Of a stretch of 64,000 nt of DNA, positions 34,142 to 51,487 are shown one piece after another; within the stretch, counting starts at the first letter, position 1; each line of letters opens with the position of its first letter. The notes under the pieces are model-generated. The model made no database searches. It was not told the DNA's origin and saw only the letters and a program-made list of their open reading frames with translations. The position numbers were made by a program, and so were the translations under genes. The stretch is taken from NCBI RefSeq assembly GCF_988243305.1, contig NZ_OZ547136.1, one strand, 5' to 3'.

Positions 34142-35980
34142 ATGATTAAAAAAGCTTCGCTGCTGACGGCGTGTTCTGTCACAGCCTTTTCTGCTTGGGC
34201 ACAGGATACCAGCCCGGATACTCTCGTCGTTACTGCTAACCGTTTTCAACAGCCTATCAATACTGTTCTGGCTCCGACGGATATTGTCACGCGTGAGGAT
34301 ATCGAACGCTGGCAATCCAGAACCGTTCTGGATGTGATGCGCCGCTTACCTGGTGTTGATGTCGCACAGTATGGCGGTATGGGACAGAGTTCTTCTCTTT
34401 TTATCCGGGGAACCGAATCGAAACACGTTCTGGTGTTAGTTGATGGAATTCCAGTAGCACGCCCTGGTATATCGAATAGCTCAGACATTGACCAGATCCC
34501 AGTCTCGCTGGTCCAGCGTATTGAATATATTCGTGGTCCACGCTCGGCTGTTTATGGCTCTGGTGCGATTGGTGGTGTTGTCAACATCATCACTATGACG
34601 AATGAAGAGCGTTCGCAAATTAACTCCAGTATCGGTTCGAAAGGCTACCAACAGTACGATGGCACATACCGCCAGCGTTTTGGAGATACGGTGGTGACTG
34701 CTGCAGGGGCTTATCAGACGACCAAAGGTTTCAATGTTCAGCCACATTCAAGTTATAGCGGAGATGGCGATCGCGATGGTTATCGTAACAAGCTGTTCTG
34801 GGGGGGAATTGAGCACAAATTTAACGATCAATTTGATGGTTACTTCCGTGGCTACGGTTATGCCAGTAATGCCGATTACGACCAAGGGAACTGGGGATAT
34901 GATGGCGGCAATGATGAGCATCAAAATTACACACAGTCGTGGGATACTGGATTGCGTTTTAATTCGGGAGTCTACTCTTCGCAACTGGTGGTAAATTATC
35001 AGCGCATTAAGGACTACAACTACAGCAGTCTGACTGGGCGTTACGCATCAGGTTATACACTTGATGATATGGAGCAACGTTACATCCAGTGGGGTAACAA
35101 TGTCATTGTTGGGCATGGTGCTATCAGCGCAGGAGCAGACTGGAAACAGGAAAAACTGATGTCTTTTGGCGCTAATGGCACGGATAACTACAAGCGTAAT
35201 AACACTGGGCTTTATCTGACCGGGCAGCAGCAAATTGATAACATCACACTAGAAGCCTCTGGTCGTGAGGATCACGATGGCCAGCTAGGTTGGCATGGCA
35301 CTTGGCAAACGGCAGCAGGGTGGCAGTTTGTTGATGGTTACAAAGTAACGCTTTCCTATGGAACTGGTTTCCTTGCTCCTTCGCTTGGTCAACAATTTGG
35401 CGCAGAGCGGTTTGGTATTGCTTCTAACCCTAACTTGAAACCAGAAGAATCTAAGCAATGGGAGGCAGGATTAGAAGGCTTGACAGGTCCTGTTGACTGG
35501 CGATTGTCGACCTATCGCTACAAAATCCAGAACCTGATCGACTACAACAACAATACCTATTTTAACGTTAAATCCGCGACCATTAAGGGCCTGGAATGGA
35601 CGGGTAATTTCACAACTGGTCCTATCGATCATCGTTTAACGTTGCAGTATGTAGACCCCCGTGATGATGAAACTGATCAACAACTCTATCGCCGTGCAAA
35701 ACAGCAGGTAAAATATGAGTTGAGCGGTGAGGTTTACGAGTTGGGGTGGGATGTCACGTATCAGTACATTGGTGAACGATACGATTACGACTATGACAGT
35801 ACCCGTAAGGTGAAAATGGGAGGACTGAGCGTGTGGGATATCGGACTTTCATATCCGGTCACCTCTCATCTGACAGTTCGTGGTAAAATAGCCAACCTGT
35901 TCGACAAAGATTATGAGACAGTCTATGGCTACCAAACTGCAGGACGGGAATACACCTTGTCTGGCAGCTACACCTTCTGA
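34142..35980 (+). CDS. btuB: TonB-dependent outer membrane vitamin B12 / colicin receptor
   Basis: ORF 34097..35980; ATG at 34142 (MIKKASLLTACSVTAFSAWAQDTSPDTLVVTANRF...); signal peptide, TonB box DTLVVTA, C-terminal terminal Phe. Confidence 0.95.
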   Translation: MIKKASLLTACSVTAFSAWAQDTSPDTLVVTANRFQQPINTVLAPTDIVTREDIERWQSRTVLDVMRRLPGVDVAQYGGMGQSSSLFIRGTESKHVLVLVDGIPVARPGISNSSDIDQIPVSLVQRIEYIRGPRSAVYGSGAIGGVVNIITMTNEERSQINSSIGSKGYQQYDGTYRQRFGDTVVTAAGAYQTTKGFNVQPHSSYSGDGDRDGYRNKLFWGGIEHKFNDQFDGYFRGYGYASNADYDQGNWGYDGGNDEHQNYTQSWDTGLRFNSGVYSSQLVVNYQRIKDYNYSSLTGRYASGYTLDDMEQRYIQWGNNVIVGHGAISAGADWKQEKLMSFGANGTDNYKRNNTGLYLTGQQQIDNITLEASGREDHDGQLGWHGTWQTAAGWQFVDGYKVTLSYGTGFLAPSLGQQFGAERFGIASNPNLKPEESKQWEAGLEGLTGPVDWRLSTYRYKIQNLIDYNNNTYFNVKSATIKGLEWTGNFTTGPIDHRLTLQYVDPRDDETDQQLYRRAKQQVKYELSGEVYELGWDVTYQYIGERYDYDYDSTRKVKMGGLSVWDIGLSYPVTSHLTVRGKIANLFDKDYETVYGYQTAGREYTLSGSYTF

Positions 35981-36782
35981 ACCACGTCCCACCGTGCTGG
36001 TGTTTGACTCCGGCGTCGGTGGGTTGTCGGTCTATGACGAGATCCGGCATCTCTTACCGGATCTCCATTACATTTATGCTTTCGATAACGTCGCTTTCCC
36101 GTATGGCGAAAAAAGCGAAGCGTTTATTGTTGAGCGAGTGGTGGCAATTGTCACCGCAGTGCAAAAACGTTATCCCCTTGCGCTGGCTGTGGTTGCTTGC
36201 AACACTGCCAGTACCGTTTCACTTCCTGCCTTACGCGAAAAGTTCGACTTCCCGGTTGTTGGTGTCGTGCCGGCGATTAAACCTGCTGCACGTCTGACGG
36301 CAAATGGCATTGTCGGATTACTGGCAACCCGCGGAACAGTTAAACGTTCTTATACTCATGAGCTGATCGCGCGTTTCGCTAATGAATGCCAGATAGAAAT
36401 GCTGGGCTCGGCAGAGATGGTTGAGTTGGCTGAAGCGAAGCTGCATGGCGAAGATGTTTCTCTGGATGCGCTAAAACGTATCTTGCGTCCGTGGTTAAGA
36501 ATGAAAGAGCCGCCAGATACCGTTGTACTGGGGTGTACCCATTTCCCTCTACTACAAGAAGAACTGTTACAGGTGCTGCCAGAGGGAACCCGGCTGGTGG
36601 ATTCTGGCGCAGCGATTGCTCGCCGAACGGCCTGGCTGTTAGAACATGAAGCCCCGGATGCAAAATCTGCCGATGCGAATATTGCCTTTTGTATGGCAAT
36701 GACGCCAGAAGCTGAACAATTATTGCCCGTTTTACAGCGTTACGGCTTCGAAACGCTCGAAAAACTGGCAGTTTTAGGCTGA
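35925..36782 (+). CDS. murI: Glutamate racemase
   Basis: ORF 35913..36782; ATG at 35925 gives 285 aa (MATKLQDGNTPCLAATPSEPRP...); start lies inside the btuB 3' end (56-bp overlap). Confidence 0.93.
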   Translation: MATKLQDGNTPCLAATPSEPRPTVLVFDSGVGGLSVYDEIRHLLPDLHYIYAFDNVAFPYGEKSEAFIVERVVAIVTAVQKRYPLALAVVACNTASTVSLPALREKFDFPVVGVVPAIKPAARLTANGIVGLLATRGTVKRSYTHELIARFANECQIEMLGSAEMVELAEAKLHGEDVSLDALKRILRPWLRMKEPPDTVVLGCTHFPLLQEELLQVLPEGTRLVDSGAAIARRTAWLLEHEAPDAKSADANIAFCMAMTPEAEQLLPVLQRYGFETLEKLAVLG

Positions 36783-36827
36783 TTTGGTTGAATGTTGTGC
36801 GGTCAGAAAATTATTTTAAATTTCCTC

Positions 36828-36855
36828 TTGTCAGGCCGGAATAACTCCCTATAAT
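36828..36855 (+). promoter_or_regulatory. rRNA operon promoter P1 (-35 TTGTCA, 16-bp spacer, -10 TATAAT) with AT-rich UP element upstream
   Basis: ttgtcaggccggaataactccctataat read directly. Confidence 0.8.
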
Positions 36856-36944
36856 GCGCCACCACTGACACGGAACAACGGCAAACACGCCGCCGGGTGA
36901 GCGGGGTTCTCCTGAGAATCTCAACAGAGAAAAGCAAAAAAATG

Positions 36945-36973
36945 CTTGACTCTGTAGCGGGAAAGCGTATTAT
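36945..36973 (+). promoter_or_regulatory. rRNA operon promoter P2 (-35 TTGACT, 17-bp spacer, -10 TATTAT)
   Basis: ttgactctgtagcgggaaagcgtattat read directly. Confidence 0.75.
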
Positions 36974-37153
36974 GCACACCCCGCGCCGCTGAGAAAAAGC
37001 GAAGCGGCACTGCTCTTTAACAATTTATCAGACAATCTGTGTGGGCACTCGAAGATACGGATTCTTAACGTCGCAAGACGAAAATGAATACCAAGTCTCA
37101 AGAGTGAACACGTAATTCATTACGAAGTTTAATTCTTTGAGCATCAAACTTTT

Positions 37154-38695
<1,542 letters not shown>

Positions 38696-38780
38696 CCTTA
38701 AAGAAGCGTTCTTTGAAGTGCTCACACAGATTGTCTGATAGAAAGTGAAAAGCAAGGCGTCTTGCGAAGCAGACTGACAC

Positions 38781-38856
38781 GTCCCCTTCGTCTAGAGGCC
38801 CAGGACACCGCCCTTTCACGGCGGTAACAGGGGTTCGAATCCCCTAGGGGACGCCA
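38781..38856 (+). tRNA. gltT: tRNA-Glu (UUC) in the 16S-23S spacer
   Basis: GTCCCCTTCGTCTAGAGGCCCAGGACACCGCCCTTTCACGGCGGTAACAGGGGTTCGAATCCCCTAGGGGACGCCA; 76 nt. Confidence 0.95.
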
Positions 38857-39049
38857 CTTGCTGGTTTGTGAGTGAAAGTCACCTGCCTTGATATCTCAAA
38901 ACTCATCTTCGGGTGATGTTTGAGATATTTGCTCTTTAAAAATCTGGATCAAGCTGAAAATTGAAACACTGAACAACGAAAGTTGTTCGTGAGTCTCTCA
39001 AATTTTCGCAACACGATGATGAGTCGAAAGAAACATCTTCGGGTTGTGA

Positions 39050-41953
<2,904 letters not shown>

Positions 41954-42045
41954 ACAACGCCGAAGCTGTTTTGGCGGATGAGAGAAGATTTTCAGCCTGA
42001 TACAGATTAAATCAGAACGCAGAAGCGGTCTGATGAAACAGAATT

Positions 42046-42165
42046 TGCCTGGCGGCCTTAGCGCGGTGGTCCCACCTGACCCCATGCCGAACTCAGAAGT
42101 GAAACGCCGTAGCGCCGATGGTAGTGTGGGGTCTCCCCATGCGAGAGTAGGGAACTGCCAGGCAT
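42046..42165 (+). rRNA. rrfB: 5S ribosomal RNA
   Basis: TGCCTGGCGGCC...GGGAACTGCCAGGCAT; 120 nt. Confidence 0.97.
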
Positions 42166-42177
42166 CAAATTAAGCAG

Positions 42178-42207
42178 AAGGCCCAGTCGGAAGACTGGGC
42201 CTTTTTG
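42178..42207 (+). terminator. rRNA operon Rho-independent terminator
   Basis: aaggcccagtc-ggaa-gactgggcctt hairpin followed by ttttt, 13 nt after the 5S end. Confidence 0.75.
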
Positions 42208-42299
42208 CGTTTCTACAAACTTTCCCTGTCGTCATAACTACAAGCCATCCCCCCACAGATACGGTAAACTAGCCTCGTTTTTGCATCAGGAAAGCAGCT

Positions 42300-43328
42300 A
42301 TGAACCACTCCTTAAAACCCTGGAACACATTTGGCATTGATCATAATGCTCAGCACATTGTATGTGCCGAAGACGAACAACAACTACTCAATGCCTGGCA
42401 GCATGCAACCGCAAAAGGACAATCCGTTCTTATTCTGGGTGAAGGAAGTAATATACTTTTTCTGGAAGACTATCGCGGTACGGTGATCATCAACCGGATC
42501 AAAGGTATCGAAATTCATGATGAACCTGATGCGTGGTATTTACATGTAGGAGCCGGAGAAAACTGGCATCGCCTGGTAAAATACACTTTGCAGGAAGGTA
42601 TGCCTGGTCTGGAAAATCTGGCATTAATTCCTGGTTGTGTCGGCTCATCACCTATCCAGAATATTGGTGCTTATGGCGTAGAATTACAGCGAGTTTGCGC
42701 TTATGTTGATTGTGTTGAACTGGCGACAGGCAAGCAAGTGCGCTTAACTGCCAAAGAGTGCCGTTTTGGCTATCGCGACAGTATTTTTAAACATGAATAC
42801 CAGGATCGCTTCGCCATTGTAGCCGTAGGTCTGCGTCTGCCAAAAGAGTGGCAACCTGTACTAACGTATGGTGACTTAACTCGTCTGGATCCTACAACAA
42901 TAACGCCACAGCAAGTATTTGATGCGGTGTGTCATATGCGCACCACCAAACTTCCTGACCCAAAAGTGAATGGCAATGCCGGTAGTTTCTTCAAAAACCC
43001 TGTTGTATCTGCCGAAACGGCTAAAGCATTACTGGCACAATTTCCAACAGCACCAAATTATCCCCAGGCGGATGGTTCAGTAAAACTGGCAGCAGGTTGG
43101 CTTATCGATCAGTGCCAGCTAAAAGGGATGCAAATGGGTGGGGCTGCGGTGCACCGTCAACAGGCGTTAGTTCTCATTAATGAAGACAATGCAAAAAGCG
43201 AAGATGTGGTGCAACTGGCACACCATGTAAGACAAAAAGTGGGTGAAAAATTTAATGTCTGGCTTGAGCCTGAAGTCCGCTTTATTGGTGCATCAGGTGA
43301 AGTGAGCGCAGTGGAGACGATTTCATGA
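42300..43328 (+). CDS. murB: UDP-N-acetylenolpyruvoylglucosamine reductase
   Basis: 342-aa [33 protein letters not shown]... Confidence 0.95.
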   Translation: MNHSLKPWNTFGIDHNAQHIVCAEDEQQLLNAWQHATAKGQSVLILGEGSNILFLEDYRGTVIINRIKGIEIHDEPDAWYLHVGAGENWHRLVKYTLQEGMPGLENLALIPGCVGSSPIQNIGAYGVELQRVCAYVDCVELATGKQVRLTAKECRFGYRDSIFKHEYQDRFAIVAVGLRLPKEWQPVLTYGDLTRLDPTTITPQQVFDAVCHMRTTKLPDPKVNGNAGSFFKNPVVSAETAKALLAQFPTAPNYPQADGSVKLAAGWLIDQCQLKGMQMGGAAVHRQQALVLINEDNAKSEDVVQLAHHVRQKVGEKFNVWLEPEVRFIGASGEVSAVETIS

Positions 43329-44287
43329 AGGATAACACCGTGCCACTGAAATTGATCGCCCTATTAGCGAACGGTGAATTTCACTCTGGCGAGCAGTTGG
43401 GTGAAACGCTGGGAATGAGCCGGGCGGCTATTAATAAACACATTCAGACACTGCGTGACTGGGGCGTTGATGTCTTTACCGTTCCGGGTAAAGGATACAG
43501 CCTGCCTGAGCCTATCCAGTTACTTAATGCTGAACAGATATTGGGTCAGCTGGATGGCGGTAGTGTAACTGTGCTGCCCGTTATTGACTCCACGAATCAG
43601 TACCTTCTTGATCGTATCGGAGAGCTTAAATCGGGCGATGCCTGTGTTGCAGAATACCAGCAGGCTGGCCGTGGTCGCCGGGGTCGGAAATGGTTTTCGC
43701 CTTTTGGCGCAAACTTATATTTGTCGATGTTCTGGCGTCTGGAACAAGGCCCGGCGGCGGCGATTGGTTTAAGTCTGGTTATCGGTATCGTGATGGCGGA
43801 AGTATTACGCAAGCTGGGTGCAGATAAAGTTCGTGTTAAATGGCCTAATGACCTCTATCTGCAGGATCGCAAGCTGGCAGGCATTCTTGTGGAGCTGACT
43901 GGCAAAACCGGCGATGCGGCGCAAATAGTCATTGGAGCCGGGATCAACATGGCAATGCGTCGTGTTGAAGAGAGTGTCGTTAATCAAGGGTGGATCACGC
44001 TGCAGGAAGCCGGGATCAATCTCGATCGTAATACGTTGGCGGCCATGCTGATACGTGAATTACGCGCGGCGCTGGAACTCTTCGAGCAAGAAGGATTGGC
44101 ACCTTATCTTTCGCGCTGGGAAAAGTTGGATAATTTTATTAATCGCCCAGTGAAACTTATCATTGGTGATAAAGAAATATTTGGCATTTCACGCGGAATA
44201 GACAAACAGGGCGCTTTATTGCTTGAGCAGGATGGAATAATAAAACCCTGGATGGGCGGTGAAATATCCCTGCGTAGTGCGGAATAA
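43325..44287 (+). CDS. birA: Biotin--[acetyl-CoA-carboxylase] ligase and bio operon repressor
   Basis: 320-aa [50 protein letters not shown]...; 4-bp overlap with murB. Confidence 0.95.
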   Translation: MKDNTVPLKLIALLANGEFHSGEQLGETLGMSRAAINKHIQTLRDWGVDVFTVPGKGYSLPEPIQLLNAEQILGQLDGGSVTVLPVIDSTNQYLLDRIGELKSGDACVAEYQQAGRGRRGRKWFSPFGANLYLSMFWRLEQGPAAAIGLSLVIGIVMAEVLRKLGADKVRVKWPNDLYLQDRKLAGILVELTGKTGDAAQIVIGAGINMAMRRVEESVVNQGWITLQEAGINLDRNTLAAMLIRELRAALELFEQEGLAPYLSRWEKLDNFINRPVKLIIGDKEIFGISRGIDKQGALLLEQDGIIKPWMGGEISLRSAE

Positions 44288-44318
44288 TAAGATAGGGGAG
44301 CATTAGCTCCCCTGAAAA

Positions 44319-45269
44319 TTATTTGCGTAGCCTGACCTCTTCTACCGCATGATTAGCACTTTTCGTCAGGATTAAACTGGCGCGCTCGCGAGTAGGTAGA
44401 ATATTTTGCTTTAAGTTCAGCCAGTTGATCTCTTTCCACAACGTCATGGCAGTATTAATCGCTTCTTCTTTAGTTAATTTCGCGTAGTTATGAAAATAGG
44501 AATCCGGGTCTGTAAAAGCCCCTTCGCGGAATTTCAGGAAACGGTTGATATACCACGTCTGAAGTAAGTCTTCCGGTGCATCAACATATATCGAAAAATC
44601 GACAAAATCAGAAACAAATACATGATGTGGATCGTGTGGATAATCCATCCCGCTCTGTAAGACATTTAACCCTTCAAGAATTAAAATATCAGGCTGAACA
44701 ACCGTTTTATCTCCATCCGGGATCACATCATAAATAAGATGCGAGTAAACAGGTGCTGTAACGTTTGGCACGCCGGATTTGAGATCGGAAACAAACTTCA
44801 CCAGGCGATGCATATCATACGATTCCGGAAAGCCTTTCTTCTTCATCAGACCACGTTCTTTCAGTACCTGATTAGGGTGAAGGAAGCCATCAGTCGTGAT
44901 CAGTTCAACACGACGATGTTCCGGCCAACGGCTTAATAGCGCCTGCAATACACGGGCGGTTGTACTTTTCCCCACAGCGACACTACCAGCAATACTGATA
45001 ATGTAAGGAATGCGTTGCCCGTTGGTACCAAGAAACTGTTCCAGAACTGCCTGACGGCGCAGATTCGAGCTTATATAGAAGTTCAGCAAACGTGACAGAG
45101 GTAAATAGATCTCGGCAACTTCTTCTAACGAGAGATCTTCATTAATACCTTTGAGACGGGCGATCTCATCTTCCGATAACGTCATAGGTACGGAATCACG
45201 CAGAGCTGCCCACTGGTTGCGGTCAAACTGTAGGTAAGGCGTCATTAACGTTTGCTCTTTTATACTCAT
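44319..45269 (-). CDS. coaA: Pantothenate kinase
   Basis: ORF 44319..45425; ATG at 45267-45269 gives 316 aa ([24 protein letters not shown]...); P-loop GSVAVGKST. Confidence 0.93.
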   Translation of the reverse strand: MSIKEQTLMTPYLQFDRNQWAALRDSVPMTLSEDEIARLKGINEDLSLEEVAEIYLPLSRLLNFYISSNLRRQAVLEQFLGTNGQRIPYIISIAGSVAVGKSTTARVLQALLSRWPEHRRVELITTDGFLHPNQVLKERGLMKKKGFPESYDMHRLVKFVSDLKSGVPNVTAPVYSHLIYDVIPDGDKTVVQPDILILEGLNVLQSGMDYPHDPHHVFVSDFVDFSIYVDAPEDLLQTWYINRFLKFREGAFTDPDSYFHNYAKLTKEEAINTAMTLWKEINWLNLKQNILPTRERASLILTKSANHAVEEVRLRK

Positions 45270-45587
45270 AAGCATGTTTCTGGCGGTCATAGCTCTATCG
45301 GCAAAGCGATATTTGCCATGGCGCGTCACAGTTCTGTTGAATGGGTTAATGGGCAGGAGGGTAACACCAGATGGGGAGGAATAATAAGAAAAAATCTCTC
45401 CCAGGAAGCTATCGTTGAAAAGCAATGTGACAGATATTCCATCTGATAAAAAGAATTATGGTTTAGCAGGAGCGCATTGTTGAGCACAATGATGTTGAAA
45501 AAGTGTGCTAATCTGCCCTCCGTTCGGCTGTTTCTTCATCGCGTCGCATAAAATGTGACCAATAAAACAAATTATGCAATTTTTTAG

Positions 45588-45616
45588 TTGCATGAACTCG
45601 CATGTCTCCATAGAAT
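45588..45616 (+). promoter_or_regulatory. Promoter of the thrU-tyrU-glyT-thrT-tufB operon (-35 TTGCAT, 17-bp spacer, -10 TAGAAT) with AT-rich upstream region
   Basis: ttgcatgaactcgcatgtctccatagaat, 15 bp upstream of thrU. Confidence 0.7.
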
Positions 45617-45630
45617 GCGCGCTACTTGAT

Positions 45631-45706
<76 letters not shown>

Positions 45707-45714
45707 TCAAGTCC

Positions 45715-45799
<85 letters not shown>

Positions 45800-45915
45800 A
45801 TTTCGGCCACGCGATGGCGTAGCCCGAGACGATAAGTTCGCTTACCGGCTCGAATAAAGAGAGCTTCTCTCGATATTCAGTGCAGAATGAAAATCAGGTA
45901 GCCGAGTTCCAGGAT

Positions 45916-45990
<75 letters not shown>

Positions 45991-45996
45991 AGATGT

Positions 45997-46072
45997 GCTG
46001 ATATAGCTCAGTTGGTAGAGCGCACCCTTGGTAAGGGTGAGGTCGGCAGTTCGAATCTGCCTATCAGCACCA
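45997..46072 (+). tRNA. thrT: tRNA-Thr
   Basis: GCTGATATAGCTCAGTTGGTAGAGCGCACCCTTGGTAAGGGTGAGGTCGGCAGTTCGAATCTGCCTATCAGCACCA. Confidence 0.95.
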
Positions 46073-46150
46073 CTTCTTTTCTCCTCCCTGTTTTTTCCTT
46101 CTGTTTATTGCATTCAACAAGTCGGGCATGTTGCCTGGTTGATGTGGTGA

Positions 46151-47371
<1,221 letters not shown>

Positions 47372-47600
47372 TTGCCGATAACATTTGACGCAATGCGCAC
47401 TAAAAGGGCATCATTTGATGCCCTTTTTGCACGCTTTCGTACCAGAACCTGGCTCATCAGTGATTTTCTTTGTCATAATCATTGCTGAGACAGGCTCTGT
47501 TGAGGGCGTATAATCCGAAAAGCTAATACGCGTTTCGATTTGGTTTGCCTCGCGATCGCGGGGTGAAAATGTTTGTAGAATACTTCTGACAGGTTGGTTT

Positions 47601-47984
47601 ATGAGTGCGAATACCGAAGCTCAAGGAAGCGGGCGCGGCCTGGAAGCGATGAAGTGGGTCGTTGTGGTGGCATTGCTCCTGGTAGCGATTGTCGGCAACT
47701 ACCTTTATCGCGACATTATGCTGCCGCTGCGTGCGCTGGCCGTAGTAATTCTGATTGCTGCAGCGGGTGGTGTCGCGCTGTTAACGACAAAAGGTAAAGC
47801 TACCGTTGCTTTTGCCCGTGAAGCGCGTACCGAAGTCCGTAAGGTCATTTGGCCGACTCGCCAGGAAACATTGCACACCACGCTGATTGTGGCTGCGGTT
47901 ACCGCAGTAATGTCACTGATCCTGTGGGGACTGGATGGTATTCTGGTTCGCCTGGTATCCTTTATCACTGGCCTGAGGTTCTGA
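47601..47984 (+). CDS. secE: Preprotein translocase subunit SecE
   Basis: 127-aa ORF with three hydrophobic segments; synteny. Confidence 0.95.
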
Positions 47985-47985
47985 G

Positions 47986-48531
47986 ATGTCTGAAGCTCCT
48001 AAAAAGCGCTGGTACGTCGTTCAGGCGTTTTCCGGTTTTGAAGGCCGCGTAGCAACGTCGCTGCGTGAGCATATCAAATTACACAACATGGAAGATTTGT
48101 TTGGTGAAGTCATGGTACCAACCGAAGAAGTGGTTGAAATCCGTGGCGGTCAGCGTCGCAAAAGCGAACGTAAATTCTTCCCTGGCTACGTCCTCGTTCA
48201 GATGGTGATGAACGACGCGAGCTGGCACCTGGTGCGCAGCGTACCGCGTGTGATGGGCTTCATCGGCGGTACTTCCGATCGTCCTGCACCAATCAGCGAT
48301 AAAGAAGTCGATGCGATTATGAACCGCCTGCAGCAGGTTGGTGATAAGCCGCGTCCGAAAACGCTGTTTGAACCGGGTGAAATGGTCCGTGTTAATGATG
48401 GTCCGTTCGCTGACTTCAACGGTGTTGTTGAAGAAGTGGATTACGAGAAATCTCGTCTGAAAGTGTCTGTTTCTATCTTCGGTCGTGCGACCCCGGTAGA
48501 GCTGGACTTCAGCCAGGTTGAAAAAGCCTAA
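47986..48531 (+). CDS. nusG: Transcription termination/antitermination factor NusG
   Basis: 181-aa [26 protein letters not shown]... Confidence 0.96.
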
Positions 48532-48626
48532 CCCAGCGATCAAAAAAGCGGCGATTTAATCGTTGCACAAGGCGCGAGATTGGAATACAATTTCGCGCCT
48601 TTTGTTTTTATGGGCCTTGCCCGTAA

Positions 48627-49826
<1,200 letters not shown>

Positions 49827-50238
49827 TGCCTTTACGTGGGCGGTGATTTTGTCTACAATCTTACCCCCACGTATAATGCTTAATGCAGACGTATGTCCGA
49901 GATATTCGGGTTGTGGCAAGGCGGCAACTGAGTGAGTCGCCAGGAGCATAGCTAACTATGTGACTGGTGCGAACGAAGGAAGCCAACGCCGCCACAAGCT
50001 GAATAGCGACGGATAGAAAAGATTTGTTCGTTGGAGCCTGGCCTATCCAGGCCTCCGTCGAAGACCGCAGGAGTTTCGCAAGAAACTTAATCCCCTGCGT
50101 AGACGGTGACAGAACGCTAAGATTATTCTTTTATATTCTGGCTTGTTTCTGCTCACCGTAATTAAGACGCTCTCTCCGTTTGGAGGAGTGAAGTGAGTTC
50201 CAGAGATTTTCTCTGGCAAACATCCAGGAGCAAAGCTA

Positions 50239-50736
50239 ATGGCTTTAAATCTTCAAGACAAACAAGCGATTGTTGCTGAAGTCAGCGAAGTAGCCAAAGG
50301 CGCGCTGTCTGCAGTAGTTGCGGATTCCCGTGGCGTAACTGTAGATAAAATGACTGAACTGCGTAAAGCAGGTCGCGAAGCTGGCGTATACATGCGTGTT
50401 GTTCGTAACACCCTGCTGCGCCGTGCTGTTGAAGGTACTCCGTTCGAGTGCCTGAAAGACGCGTTTGTTGGTCCGACCCTGATTGCATACTCTATGGAAC
50501 ACCCGGGCGCTGCTGCTCGTCTGTTCAAAGAGTTCGCGAAAGCGAATGCAAAATTTGAGGTCAAAGCCGCTGCCTTTGAAGGTGAGCTGATCCCGGCGTC
50601 TCAGATCGACCGCCTGGCAACTCTGCCGACCTACGAAGAAGCAATTGCACGCCTGATGGCAACCATGAAAGAAGCTTCGGCTGGCAAACTGGTTCGTACT
50701 CTGGCTGCTGTACGCGATGCGAAAGAAGCTGCTTAA
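50239..50736 (+). CDS. rplJ: 50S ribosomal protein L10
   Basis: 165-aa [26 protein letters not shown]...; preceded by a ~400-nt leader (49827-50238). Confidence 0.97.
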
Positions 50737-50802
50737 TCGCAGTTATCTTTTTAACGCATTCGCTTACGTATAAACTTATTCTGATATTCAGGAACAATTT
50801 AA

Positions 50803-51168
<366 letters not shown>

Positions 51169-51186
51169 GCCAACCCTTCCGGTTGC

Positions 51187-51240
51187 AGCCTGAGAAATCA
51201 GGCTGATGGCTGGTGACTTTTTAGTCACCAGCCTTTTTGC
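51187..51240 (+). terminator. rplL-rpoB intercistronic attenuator (two stem-loops; the second followed by a T tract)
   Basis: cagcctga-gaaa-tcaggctg and ggctggtgac-ttttta-gtcaccagcc-ttttt read directly. Confidence 0.7.
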
Positions 51241-51487
51241 GCTGTAAGGCGCCAGTAGCGTTTCACACTGTTTGACTACTGCTGTGCCTTTCAATGCTTG
51301 TTTCTATCGACGACTTAATATACTGCGACAGGACGTCCGTTCTGTGTAAATCGCAATGAAATGGTTTAAGCGTGATAGCAACAGGCATTGCGGAAAGTGT
51401 TCCATTTTCCGGTCAACAAAATAGTGTTGCACAAACTGTCCGCTCAATGGACAGATGGGTCGACTTGTCAGCGAGCTGAGGAACCCT

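Noticed and set aside
45800-45915. tyrU-glyT spacer as a possible small protein gene (protamine-like tpr) or sRNA
   Set aside because: I could not find a convincing start codon, RBS or arginine-rich reading frame by eye; it is left as tRNA operon spacer.
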